Origin: an uncultured Alphaproteobacteria bacterium
GTDB taxonomy: Bacteria; Pseudomonadota; Alphaproteobacteria; Acetobacterales; Acetobacteraceae
Direction: 5' to 3'
Assembly (NCBI GenBank): GCA_963726125.1
Contig: CAVSBG010000005.1
Coordinates: 327,412-391,411, forward strand
Length of the DNA: 64,000 nucleotides
The position numbers were made by a program, and so were the translations under genes. The notes under the pieces were generated by a model. That model had not been told where the DNA came from and made no database searches. It saw nothing but the letters and a program-made list of their open reading frames with translations. Of the stretch, positions 19,434 through 29,386 are shown piece after piece; position 1 is the first letter of the stretch; each line of letters begins with the position of its first letter.

Positions 19434-20965
19434 TGTGGTCGAGACTGCAAAATCGTGGTTCGGTGGCGATAATGGCTGGACTGCTGGCCGTGCCGCTGAT
19501 CGCGATGACAGGCGCGGCGGTCGATCTCACCAGGATATGGTTGGTGAAATCGCGGCTGCAGATGTCGCTCGATGCCGCCGTGCTGGTGGTGGCGCACGAT
19601 CTCGCCATCGGTGGCACATCCGTCGATGGCATCAATCTGTTCTGGGCAAACTTCGGCATATCGGGCATCGGCACCGTGGGTTACCTGCAGGCGACCGCGA
19701 CAACACCGATCGTGCACTATCCAGCGCCCGGTGGCCCGTCCAGCAGCGTGCAACTGACCAGCAGTGCAACCATTACGCCATCGTTCGTCGGCATCATCGG
19801 CATCGGACCGGTGACCGTGAATGGCGCATCCACCGCCCAAAGTGCGGCCTACGGATTGGAGCTGTCGCTGGTGCTCGACAATACCGGCTCGATGGCCGGG
19901 TCATCGATGACGTCGCTGATCTCGGCAGCCAATCAGCTCCTTACCATCGTCTACGGGGGAAGTGATACGCAGCCCAATCTGTGGGTCTCGGTCGTGCCGT
20001 TCGCTGCAACGCTCAACATCGGCAGCGCGCACGCATCCTGGCTCGTTGGGGCGACGATCAATCAGACCCCCTATGCACCGTCAAAATGGATGGGTTGCGT
20101 GATGGCACGCACCGCGAAGACCGGTGCGAAGGACGGCGACGACTTCAACGACAAGCCACCCGCACAGGCAGCGCTTCAGCCGTTTCTCTACGCGTCCACT
20201 TATCATGTCTATCCAACCGCCGCCGGGATCAAATACGGAACCGGCAACAAGCTGACCTATTGGTATCCCGGCGACAACGATTGGACCGTGTCGCCGAACA
20301 ACATCCAGGAGCCGGACCAGAGCAACAATTCGGTCGGTCCGAATCTCGCCTGCCCCTCGCTGGCGATCCTGCCGGAGACAGCGAGCAAAACCGCGGTGTC
20401 GGCGGTCATCAACAAGATGGTGCCGGTCTATCGCGGCGGCACGATCATCAGCCTCGGCCTTCAGGCGGGCTGGTGGACGCTCAGTCCGAATTGGCTGGGG
20501 CTATGGGGCAATCCAAGTCTGCCACTTGCCTACAACACCCCGTACATGCGGAAGGTCATCGTTCTGATGACGGATGGCAACAACGAGTGGTACGACTTTC
20601 CCGACGGTGTGCCCGGACAGACGCCGCCGACGGCGCCACCAACTGGCGTGCCAAAGTGGACTGCGGACGGTGATGCTGACTTCACAGCCTATGGTCGTCT
20701 GCTGAGCAACACGCGGGGGGTGTCTCCAGCGAACATCACGACGACGCTGAACACGTGGATGTCGCAGATGTGCACAACCATCAAGCAGAACGGCATCATC
20801 ATCTATACGATCCTGTTCAACAACAGTAACTCGGCGACCCAAACACTCTTCAAAAACTGTGCATCGGCGCCGAGCGATTTCTTCCTCAGCCCCACCAACG
20901 CCGACCTGCAGAGCGCTTTCAACCAGATTGGCCAGGACCTCTCGACATTGCGGCTTTCTCAATAG
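19430..20965 (+). CDS. tadG: TadG-like protein with a von Willebrand factor A domain
   Basis: The N-terminal TadG-like motif is RGSVAIMAGLLAVPLIAMTGAAVDLTR. The MIDAS-like motif is LVLDNTGSM, and the length is 511 aa. Confidence 0.75.
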   Translation: MMWSRLQNRGSVAIMAGLLAVPLIAMTGAAVDLTRIWLVKSRLQMSLDAAVLVVAHDLAIGGTSVDGINLFWANFGISGIGTVGYLQATATTPIVHYPAPGGPSSSVQLTSSATITPSFVGIIGIGPVTVNGASTAQSAAYGLELSLVLDNTGSMAGSSMTSLISAANQLLTIVYGGSDTQPNLWVSVVPFAATLNIGSAHASWLVGATINQTPYAPSKWMGCVMARTAKTGAKDGDDFNDKPPAQAALQPFLYASTYHVYPTAAGIKYGTGNKLTYWYPGDNDWTVSPNNIQEPDQSNNSVGPNLACPSLAILPETASKTAVSAVINKMVPVYRGGTIISLGLQAGWWTLSPNWLGLWGNPSLPLAYNTPYMRKVIVLMTDGNNEWYDFPDGVPGQTPPTAPPTGVPKWTADGDADFTAYGRLLSNTRGVSPANITTTLNTWMSQMCTTIKQNGIIIYTILFNNSNSATQTLFKNCASAPSDFFLSPTNADLQSAFNQIGQDLSTLRLSQ

Positions 20966-20967
20966 CA

Positions 20968-21936
20968 ATGCGACGCGCTGGATCGCCGACAACGCGCGGA
21001 CACCCCGATGCAAGCCGAGCTGTCCATAGCAGATATGGCTTACTCATCTTGCCAATCCTCTGCATCGGCATTGTCGACGCCGTCTGGTCGAGGCACATCG
21101 GCCTGACTATCAACGGCTGGACGTGGTTCGCGACGGCTGTCGCGTTCTGCGTGCTGGTCAGTGTCGTGTACCGAAAACTGCGCCCAGCCCCGCCGATTGC
21201 CAGGTTGGCGTCATATGCAGCTCTATGGATTGTCTTCACCGCGGTCGGCTGCATCTTCACCTATCTCGCGGCGTCCGTATCGCGGCCGTTGATTGACGGG
21301 TATTTGACCTCGTTCGACCATTATCTGGGATTCGACTGGATCAGTTGGTCGAACGGCGTTCACCGCTACATGCTGTTGACCGTTATTTTGCGCGCGGCTT
21401 ACGACAGCCTCGGTCTACAGATTGTCGCGTCTATTGTCATTCTATCGTCTGGGACGGGGCCTGATCGCAATGCGGAATTGCTGCTGGGTGCGATCCTTTC
21501 CCTGGTTTTGGTCGCATTGATTTCAGCGTTGTGGCCCACGCTCGGACCATGGACACCATTGAGTGACCAGTATGCTTCGTCAGATGATCTACTGATCGCG
21601 CGTGACGTCCTGACCATGAGGGCTGGCGGTTCAACCAGCTTTGCGTTGGCGCGATTGCGGGGCATCGTGACGTTTCCTTCGTATCACACCGTCCTGGCCA
21701 TTCTGTTTGCTTATGCGCATCGGGGTCGCTGGTCGTTCCCTGTCTTCCTTGTCATCAACTGTCTGATGATCACCTCAATTCCTTCCGAGGGAGGACACTA
21801 TCTCTCGGACGTGTTGGCTGGAGCGGGCTTGGCCGTCGTCGCGATAGTCTCCGCACGCCTGATACTTCAGCGTGACACCCGTGGGCCGCTTCCCGTCGCC
21901 TCTGCGGGATTGCTGATGAACGACGACCGGACCTGA
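20968..21936 (+). CDS. PAP2-superfamily membrane phosphatase-like protein
   Basis: This is a multi-transmembrane protein with PAP2 C2/C3-like motifs (FPSYHT; EGGHYLSDVLAG). The start lies 2 nt after the tadG stop. Confidence 0.7.
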   Translation: MRRAGSPTTRGHPDASRAVHSRYGLLILPILCIGIVDAVWSRHIGLTINGWTWFATAVAFCVLVSVVYRKLRPAPPIARLASYAALWIVFTAVGCIFTYLAASVSRPLIDGYLTSFDHYLGFDWISWSNGVHRYMLLTVILRAAYDSLGLQIVASIVILSSGTGPDRNAELLLGAILSLVLVALISALWPTLGPWTPLSDQYASSDDLLIARDVLTMRAGGSTSFALARLRGIVTFPSYHTVLAILFAYAHRGRWSFPVFLVINCLMITSIPSEGGHYLSDVLAGAGLAVVAIVSARLILQRDTRGPLPVASAGLLMNDDRT

Positions 21937-22134
21937 TAGGGCAGCGCTGCAGATTCGCTGTCGCGGCTTGGACCGGCGTGCCGCTCGCTGCGATAACGCG
22001 GTGGATCGCGATGTCCCGCCTTGCCTCGGTCCCGGAGCTGATGACCTGGTGGTGCCGCTGGCGTGGCAACCCTCCTGCATCCGTTTCGACATCAGCCGCG
22101 TATAGGCTAGTGTCGAACCGGAAACGCCCGCCCC

Positions 22135-22692
22135 ATGTCCGCCACCGCGCATACCTCCGAGGCCGATGACGCCGAAGCGCTGCTGCATCGTTGCGCGGGC
22201 GGCGATCGTGCGGCGTTTCGGTTGCTCTACGACCGCTGGGGCAGCCGGCTGTACGGCATCGCGCTGCGCATCACGCGGCAGGGCGCATCCGCCGCCGACG
22301 CGACACAGGATGCGTTCGTGCAGATCTGGCAACAGGCGCACCAGTTCGACCCCGAGCGTGGCAGTCCCGATGCCTGGCTCATCGGCATCGTGCGGTATCG
22401 AGCGCTCGACATCGTGCGCCGCCGCTCGCGCGAGGTGCCGGGCTATGAACCCGAGGACCGCGAGGACGAAAGCCCAGACGCGCTCGCCCGCCTGGTCAGC
22501 ACCGCGGAGGGTGCCGCGCTGCACCGCTGCCTGAATGAACTGGAGGAAGATCGACGCCGGCTGGTCGTCCTGGCCTTTGTCGACGGGCTGTCGCACACCG
22601 ATCTCGCTGAGCGGATGGGGGTGCCACTCGGTACAGTCAAATCGTGGATCCGGCGCAGTCTGATCTCGCTGCGTGGATGCCTCGCGTCATGA
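22135..22692 (+). CDS. ECF-type RNA polymerase sigma factor
   Basis: Sigma-70 region 2 reads DATQDAFVQIWQQAHQFDPERGSPDAWLIGIVRYRALD. Region 4 reads LSHTDLAERMGVPLGTVKSWIRRSL. Confidence 0.85.
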   Translation: MSATAHTSEADDAEALLHRCAGGDRAAFRLLYDRWGSRLYGIALRITRQGASAADATQDAFVQIWQQAHQFDPERGSPDAWLIGIVRYRALDIVRRRSREVPGYEPEDREDESPDALARLVSTAEGAALHRCLNELEEDRRRLVVLAFVDGLSHTDLAERMGVPLGTVKSWIRRSLISLRGCLAS

Positions 22693-23366
22693 GCGACCTG
22701 CCGGACATTGACCTGCTCGCCGCCGAGTACGTGCTGGGGACGCTCGAGGGCGACGAACGGCGTGAGGCGGTGCGTTTGCTGGCGACCGATCCGGCTTTCG
22801 CCCGCGCTGTTGCCGTTTGGCAGCAGCGGCTGACACCGTTGGTGGCGCAGGTTGCGCCGGCCGCGCCGCCCGCGGATCTGTGGGGGCGGATCGAGGCAAA
22901 CATCCTGCCGCCCGTCACGGCCGACGTCCTGCCATTCCGCCGACGCGTCCGGTTCTGGCGGGCAACTACCGGGGCGGCGCTTGCGATCGCCGCCTCGCTG
23001 GCCGCATTCATCGTGCTGCACCAACCCCAGCCACAGCGTGTTGCCGTGCTATCGCCAATGACCGGTGGCGCACCGGTGCTGATGGCGACGGCCGAGGCCA
23101 ACGGCGCACTGATCGTTCAACCAACCGCATCGATCACTGTGCCAACAGACAAGGACCTGGAACTATGGGCGCTGTCGAAGGGGGAGACGAAGCCCCGCTC
23201 GCTCGGCGTGTTGCCAGCGTCCGGCCGTCAGCTGACCGCGGAGCTTGCGCCGGGCACGCAGCTCCTGGTGAGCCTGGAGCCCAAGGGCGGTTCGCCGACG
23301 GGTCAGCCGACTGGCCCGGTGCTCTACGGGGGCTGGCTTACGGCGATCCAGTTGCCGCGTGGCTAA
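22689..23366 (+). CDS. anti-sigma factor (RskA-like: N-terminal anti-sigma domain, one TM helix, periplasmic domain)
   Basis: The N-terminus MSDLPDIDLLAAEYVLGTLEGDERREAVRLLATDPAFARAVAVWQQRL is typical. A central TM helix is present (WRATTGAALAIAASLAAFIVL). The start overlaps the sigma-factor stop (ATGA). Confidence 0.8.
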   Translation: MSDLPDIDLLAAEYVLGTLEGDERREAVRLLATDPAFARAVAVWQQRLTPLVAQVAPAAPPADLWGRIEANILPPVTADVLPFRRRVRFWRATTGAALAIAASLAAFIVLHQPQPQRVAVLSPMTGGAPVLMATAEANGALIVQPTASITVPTDKDLELWALSKGETKPRSLGVLPASGRQLTAELAPGTQLLVSLEPKGGSPTGQPTGPVLYGGWLTAIQLPRG

Positions 23367-23688
23367 CCTGACACGCATGGCCACGCCCAGAACCTACAAG
23401 ACCGGCTGAGAAGGTCTGCCGAATGGTCGCGGCCATCTGGCGAGGCGCGAATTGCCTTCATGCCCGGCCGGGGGTTCAATCGAGCTGCGGCCGCCGCCGC
23501 GCGGAGTGGAGGATGCCTTCGAGTATGGCCAATGGCGCGCTGATCAAGTCTGGCGGGGTGCCCGGCTTGTTCATCCGCACCACGGCCTGTCTGGCGCTCG
23601 GCGATCTTGCGGCGCATTTTGCCGGACGGGAGCAACCGACGCCGGTGGTCTGACCAGCCTTCCCGACAACACAGCAGAATGGGGCACA

Positions 23689-24945
23689 ATGCGCGGCCAC
23701 GGTTGGCTTGTCTCCTATGGCTTGCTCGGCCTCACGCAAAACGGGCTGGCCCCGATCCTGATGCCGCTCGTCGCCGCCGGTGGGGGCGCTGCCGGCCTGA
23801 CCTACGCGGCGTTCTCGCTGCTGGGCCTGTTTGCGCCGGTGCTCGGAAGCTGGGCGGATCGGACCGGTCGCCACCGTGACCTGCTGATCTGGGGCTCGAT
23901 CGCGGCCGGCGTGCTGCTGCTACCGTTCGGCGCGGTCCCCGAACTGGCGCGCATCGTCCTCGCTGCCGGTGCCGGGTTGGGCGTCACGGCAACAACGACG
24001 GCCGGCAACGTGCTCGCGATCCAGGGCTTTGCCGAGGCCGAATGGGACTCACGGCTCGCCTTGCTGCAGCGCTACGGCAGCGCCGGCCAGGTCATCGGCC
24101 TGCTCGCCGCGGGGCTATTGGCGCAGGGCCACCCCAGCACAGGCTTCGTGTTTGCCGGGGCGGTGCTGTTGCTCGCCGGGGCGCTGGCCTTTGCCTCGGC
24201 TCCGCGGACGCGAACGCGCGTGATCCGGACGTAAAGCTACCGCCCAGGCCGATGATGGGTGGCGACGCCGGCGTCTCCGGGCCGCATCATCACGGCCATC
24301 ACATTTCGTGGCAGCAGCTTGGCGTCTTCCTCAGCGTGATCAACCGGACGGCTGCGGCGGTTCCTGATCGTCTGGCTGATTGCCTATCCCGCCATGAACG
24401 GCTTCGCGACGCTGTTCCCGGTGGCGATGACGCGGCAGTTCGGTATGGCCCCGATTCTGCCATCGGGCGCCTATGCCATCGGCGTCGCAGCCAGCCTGGT
24501 GCTCTACGCGCCGGCCGGCGTCGCGACGCACAGGTTGGGCGGCGCGCGGATGCTGATGCTCGGCTTCGGCGCCCGCTTGGCGCTGTTGGGCGTGCTGGCC
24601 ATCGCGGGCCTGCTGCACTTTGGTTGGGTTGCATGGGTTGTGCTGGTCGGTTTCGCGCTGATTCAATTCGTCTGGCCGCTGCTCGCCGTGGGCGCCAACT
24701 CACTGTCGGTGCGGCTTGCACCAACGGCGCGGGGCGAGAGTGTCGGGCTGTTCAACGCAGCAACGTCGCTGGCCGCCGCCGTGGGTTCGGCTTTGGCAGG
24801 CGTGGTGTTCGGCGCCGGCGGGTTTGCCGCGTTGGCTGGCACAGCCTTTGTGTTCGTGGCGTTGGCGTTGGTGCTGCTCGGTCTGTGGTTGCCACCGCGC
24901 GAGCCGGCGAGCCCATCAGGCGTCACACATAGCGCACGGTCGTGA
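23689..24945 (+). pseudogene. MFS transporter interrupted in its central loop (or split into two six-TM halves)
   Basis: The N-terminal half runs 23689-24234 and the C-terminal half resumes about 24340-24945 in the same frame. That frame has three stops between the halves. The segment between them is open only in another frame (DPDVKLPPRPMMGGDAGVSGPHHHGHHISWQQLGVFLS). Confidence 0.6.
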
Positions 24946-26516
24946 ACATGCCTGCGTCCATGTGGTACAGCAGGTGACAGTGCATCGCCCAATACCCCGG
25001 ATTGTTGGCGTCGAACGCAACGACGACACGGGCACCCGGCGTGACCAGCACGGTATCTCGCACCGCGCCGGGGAAGCGCTTGCCATTGATCTCCACCACC
25101 TGGAATTCGTGGCCATGCAGGTGCATCGGATGCGGCATGAGCGTCCGGTTCTGGAACACCAGTTCGACGCGCTCGCCCTTCGCGACGGCCAGCGGCGGCA
25201 CGTCCTTCGTCCAGGGCACGCCGTTGATCGACCAGACATAACCCACCATCTCCCCGGTCAGATCGACCTGATGCACGCGATCGGCCTTACGGGGTGCCAG
25301 CGGTTGGGTTGCCCGTAGGCTTCGTTCCAGATCGAGCGTGAGCGCCGGCGACGCTGCTGCCGCCATGTCGGGCACGCGGCTGACCGGTGCGCCCCCGGCT
25401 TTCAGGATCACACCGGTCTGGCTGCGTTCACCTTCCAGGATTGCAAGGATCGGATGCGCGGCGGGCTTGCGCGGGATGGTGATCCGGATATCGAGACGCT
25501 GTGCCACGGTGATCGGAAACCGCCGGGCAATGACAGGCTTCACCCTGAACCCGTCCACCGCGATCAGTTCACCGTTCAGCGCCCCAAGCGAGAGATGATA
25601 GGCGCTCATCGACGAGCCGTTGATCACCCGCAGCAGGATCGTCCCACCGGGTTCGACCGAGACGACCTCCGGGTCGGCCAACGTGCGATCGTTCGCCAGA
25701 AACGCGTCATACTTCACGTCGTTCAGATCTGGCGGAGCGGCCTTACCACCCGGCGCCATCGCGCCCATCGCGTTCGCGGTTGGCTTGGTCGCGGCGGGTG
25801 GCATGTTCATGCCCGCCATCGTGCCCGTCGCGCTTGCGGCCGGCTTGGCTGTGGCGGCGGCGGCCGGCATGTTCATGCCTGCCATGGCACTGGACTTGGC
25901 GGCGGCAGGGGTCGGCGATGGGGCCATCCCTGCCATCGGGCCGGCCTTTCGCAGCAACTCGATAATCTGCTCGGGCGGCGTGAAGCTGAAATCGGACAGC
26001 AGCACCACGACCTCCTGCTGACCTGTCCGGTCACGGTCGTCGTGGATGATGAGTGGCGCCGCGAGCTGTTCCTGCTCCTGCAAGCCTTGATGCGAATGCA
26101 TCCAGAACGTGCCGCCGAAACGCAGCGGGAAGTCGGTACTCGGCGGTGCCACCAGGCGCGACCGAAGGACCGGAGATGCCGGGAACACCATCCTGCTGCC
26201 AGGGCGGTGTCATGCCATGCCAGTGGATCAGTGTCGGCACGTCGAGCTGGTTCTCGAGACGGACACGAAACTGCTGGCCGACCTTGGTGACAAGACCTTG
26301 CGTGCCATCCGGCTGGCTCACACCGAGCACCGAGGCCGGCTTGCCATTGACCTCGATGGTCCGACGTTTCACTTGCAGGACGGTGATCGAACTCGCCGCA
26401 CTGCCCTGCGATGTCGCCGGTGTATTCTGGGCCTTCGCCCGTTCGAGCGGCAGCGCGGAGGCAGCCAGGGCAGTCAGCATCGCTGTACGGCGCGACAACA
26501 TGGCGCTCAACTCCAT
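24923..26516 (-). pseudogene. CopA/PcoA-like multicopper oxidase with a Met-rich insert, one frameshift
   Basis: A Tat-like leader (SRRTAMLTALAASA) and the HWHG motif lie in one frame (to about 26135). FPLRFGGTFWMHSH, the Met-rich repeats MAGMNMP (x2) and HCHLLYHMDAGMF lie in the next frame. Removing one base from taccgac (minus strand, about 26132-26138) restores ...GGTAEYDFPLRFGG... Confidence 0.8.
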
Positions 26517-26653
26517 GTAACTGTTTCTGCATCGATAGCCGCAACGATGAACTACATCGCTTCGGTGGATTGCGCCAAGCAGAACTTGCCCTGCCATGAG
26601 GGGTTGAGCGCCGTCCGGTGTAGGCTATCGTCACGGCAGCACACTGGAGACAG

Positions 26654-27811
26654 GTGGCGCCAATGACGTTCCAGGCCTTCCGCTTCGATCCCGTTGAACT
26701 ACCGCCCGCCGCGAAGGCACTGCGCAAGGACGTGCGCGCATTCCTCGAGGAAAACCGCACCTCTCTTGGCAACCGCCGCGACTATGACCAGGCATTCACT
26801 CGCAAGATGGCCGAGCGCGGCTGGGTCGGCATGACCTGGCCGAGGCAATACGGCGGCCACGAACGCACCGCGTTTGAACGCTACGTGGTGATCGAGGAGA
26901 TGCTCGCCGCCGGCGCACCCGTCGGCTTCCATTGGACCGCCGATCGCCAGAGCGGCCCGAACATCCTGCGCTATGGCACCGACGAGCAGAAGGATTACTT
27001 CCTCCCGAGGATCGCCCACGGCGACCTGTCGTTCTGCATCGGCATGAGCGAGCCGGATTCCGGCTCCGACCTTGCGGGGACGCGCACGCGCGCGGTGAAG
27101 GTCGACGGCGGTTTTCGTATCAACGGCAGCAAGTTGTGGACGTCGAACGCGCATCGCGCCGACTACATGATCCTGTTCTGCAAGATGGCCGACGCAGGCC
27201 AGGACGAGGTCGACCGTCATGCCGGTGCCACGCAGTTCCTGGTGGACCTGAAGAACTCACCCGGCATCGAGATTCGGCCGGTGATCAACCTGCTGGGCGA
27301 GCACCACTTCAACCAGATCTTCCTCACCGATCTGTTCGTCCCCGACAACCGCCTGTTCGGCGAGATAGGCAACGGTTGGCGCCAGGTGTCGAGCGAGCTT
27401 GCGTTCGAACGCAGTGGTCCCGATCGTTTCCTGGTGCTGTTCAAGCTGCTGACCGAAATGGTGCGCGTCGCCGGTCCGACCCCAGATCGCGCGACCGCCG
27501 CGGCACTCGGAAGGCTGGTGTCGCAGCTTGCCACATTGCGCCGGATGTCGCTGTCAATCGCCGGCATGCTGCAGGAAGGTCTGCAGCCGTTGAGCGAGGC
27601 GGCGGTCACCAAGGACCTCGGCACGCGGTATGAGCAGGACCTGCCGGTAGTCGCGCGGCAACTGTTCCCCGCCGAACCGGAGCTGGAGGCTGTGGATACA
27701 TATGTATCGATGCTGGCGCGGGCCACGCTGAACGCACCTCGGCTGTCTATACAAGGCGGCACGCGCGAAATCCTGCGCGGCATCATCGCGCGCGGCCTCG
27801 GGCTACGCTGA
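26654..27811 (+). CDS. acyl-CoA dehydrogenase
   Basis: ACAD hallmarks are present: GWVGMTWPRQYGG, FCIGMSEPDSGSD, WTSNAHRADY and C-terminal QGGTREILRGIIA. An alternative ATG start lies at 26663. Confidence 0.9.
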   Translation: MAPMTFQAFRFDPVELPPAAKALRKDVRAFLEENRTSLGNRRDYDQAFTRKMAERGWVGMTWPRQYGGHERTAFERYVVIEEMLAAGAPVGFHWTADRQSGPNILRYGTDEQKDYFLPRIAHGDLSFCIGMSEPDSGSDLAGTRTRAVKVDGGFRINGSKLWTSNAHRADYMILFCKMADAGQDEVDRHAGATQFLVDLKNSPGIEIRPVINLLGEHHFNQIFLTDLFVPDNRLFGEIGNGWRQVSSELAFERSGPDRFLVLFKLLTEMVRVAGPTPDRATAAALGRLVSQLATLRRMSLSIAGMLQEGLQPLSEAAVTKDLGTRYEQDLPVVARQLFPAEPELEAVDTYVSMLARATLNAPRLSIQGGTREILRGIIARGLGLR

Positions 27812-27816
27812 AGGAG

Positions 27817-28899
27817 ATGGCCATGCGCGACGAGACCCGGATGCTGCTGGAGAGCATGAGCCGGCTGTTCGAGGACCACTGCACGAAAGAAGTGCTCGAT
27901 AGGGCGGAAACGGGCACGTTCCCCACGGCGCTGTGGCAGGCGGTGAGCGAGACAGGCGTGCCATTGGCTGCGCTGCCGGAAAGCGCGGGTGGAGCGGATG
28001 CGGAGTGGTCCGATCTCTATGCGGTGTTGCGTGTCGCAGGTCGTTACGCGGCGCCAATACCATTGGCCGAGACGATGCTGGCCGCGTGGGTGGCATCTAC
28101 GGCAGGATTACCGGTGAGCGAACGGCCGATGACGGTCGGGCCGGTGCGGACCGACGATCGACTGACACTGCAGCGGGACGGCAACGCCTGGCGGCTGACC
28201 GGTCGCGTCAACCGTCTGCCCTGGGCCACTGATGCCGCACGGATTGTGCTGCTCGCCGATGGTCCCGACGGCGCGATGGCCGTGGCGCTAGATGGTGGTG
28301 AGGGAGCCGATGTGACGGCGGGTCGCAACATGGCCGGTGAGCCACGCGATGCTCTGGACTTTGCTGGGCTGCGCGTATCCGGCGATGCGGTGGTGCCGGC
28401 GGGACGTAACGTCGATCGGGCGGCATTGTATCGGCGCGGTGCATTGGCCAGGGCCATGCTCATGGCGGGCGCCATGGAACGTGCGCTGGAGACTGCTGTG
28501 ACATATGCCGGCGAACGCAAGCAGTTCGGCCGGCAAATCGGGAAATTTCAGGCGGTCCAGCAACAGCTCGCGGTGATGGCCGGCCAGGTCGCCGCCGCCG
28601 GTGCCGCGGCTGATGCCGGTGTGGAAGCATTGTCGCTGGACGATCCAGCGAAGCAGGAGTTCCTGGTCGCGATCGCCAAGACGCGCGTGGGAGATGCAGC
28701 GACGTTGGCAGCTGAAATCGCGCACCAGGTGCACGGCGCCATCGGCTTCACCAAGGAGTATTCGCTGCAACTCAGCACGCGCCGGCTGTGGTCCTGGCGC
28801 GACGAGTTCGGCGGCGATACGGAATGGGCCGCGAAGGTTGGCGCCTATGTTTGTGCAGGCGGCGCTGATGCGCTGTGGTCCACGTTGACCGACGGCTGA
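27817..28899 (+). CDS. acyl-CoA dehydrogenase family protein (probable partner subunit)
   Basis: The ACAD C-terminal domain reads ERKQFGRQIGKFQAVQQQLA ... HGAIGFTKEY. The gene starts 5 nt after the preceding ACAD. Confidence 0.85.
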   Translation: MAMRDETRMLLESMSRLFEDHCTKEVLDRAETGTFPTALWQAVSETGVPLAALPESAGGADAEWSDLYAVLRVAGRYAAPIPLAETMLAAWVASTAGLPVSERPMTVGPVRTDDRLTLQRDGNAWRLTGRVNRLPWATDAARIVLLADGPDGAMAVALDGGEGADVTAGRNMAGEPRDALDFAGLRVSGDAVVPAGRNVDRAALYRRGALARAMLMAGAMERALETAVTYAGERKQFGRQIGKFQAVQQQLAVMAGQVAAAGAAADAGVEALSLDDPAKQEFLVAIAKTRVGDAATLAAEIAHQVHGAIGFTKEYSLQLSTRRLWSWRDEFGGDTEWAAKVGAYVCAGGADALWSTLTDG

Positions 28900-28971
28900 A
28901 CAGCGTCGCGTTGCCAGCCGCGCGCAAACCGCTCTAGCCTCGGTAGACAGCACAACCGAGGAAACGCCCCG

Positions 28972-29382
28972 ATGCCCGAGCCAGGCCGCGCCCTGCCGCA
29001 ACCCACACCGGAAACGCAGCACTTCTGGGACGGTACGCAAGCCGGCGAATTGCGCCTGCAACGCTGCGACGGATGCAGCCACGTGTACTTCCCCCCGCGG
29101 CCGTTCTGCCCGAAATGCGCCTCGCGTGCGGTCAGCGTGTTCAAGGCGTCGGGCAAGGCGATCCTGGACAGCTACGTGATCCATCACCGCAAGGTACCCG
29201 GCTTCGAGCCACCCTACGCCATCGCCGTGGTCAAGTTGCCCGAAGGTCCGCGCATGATGAGCAACATCGTGGAATGCCCGCAGACGCCAGAGGCACTGGT
29301 GCTGGATATGCCGCTGGAGGTGGTGTTCACGAAGCAGAACGATACCATCACGCTGCCCTTCTTCCGTCCGGCGAAAGGCTGA
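28972..29382 (+). CDS. DUF35 zinc-ribbon/OB-fold protein
   Basis: The rubredoxin-like CDGC...CPKC pair is followed by an OB-fold segment (YAIAVVKLPEGPRMMSNI). This type of protein typically pairs with SCP-x-type thiolases. Confidence 0.85.
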   Translation: MPEPGRALPQPTPETQHFWDGTQAGELRLQRCDGCSHVYFPPRPFCPKCASRAVSVFKASGKAILDSYVIHHRKVPGFEPPYAIAVVKLPEGPRMMSNIVECPQTPEALVLDMPLEVVFTKQNDTITLPFFRPAKG

Positions 29383-29386
29383 ACCG

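Noticed and set aside
22040-22134. An ECF-type autoregulatory promoter (GGAAC-N16-17-CGTT-like) upstream of the sigma-factor gene.
   Set aside because: Only partial matches are present (ggcaacc...ccgtttc, spaced about 11 nt apart; gaaccggaaacg). The spacing does not fit, so no promoter is called.
23367-23688. Possible gene remnants or a small ORF (76-108 aa ORFs on both strands) between the anti-sigma and MFS genes.
   Set aside because: No frame gives recognisable protein text. The ORFs are Arg/Gly-rich and mutually overlapping.
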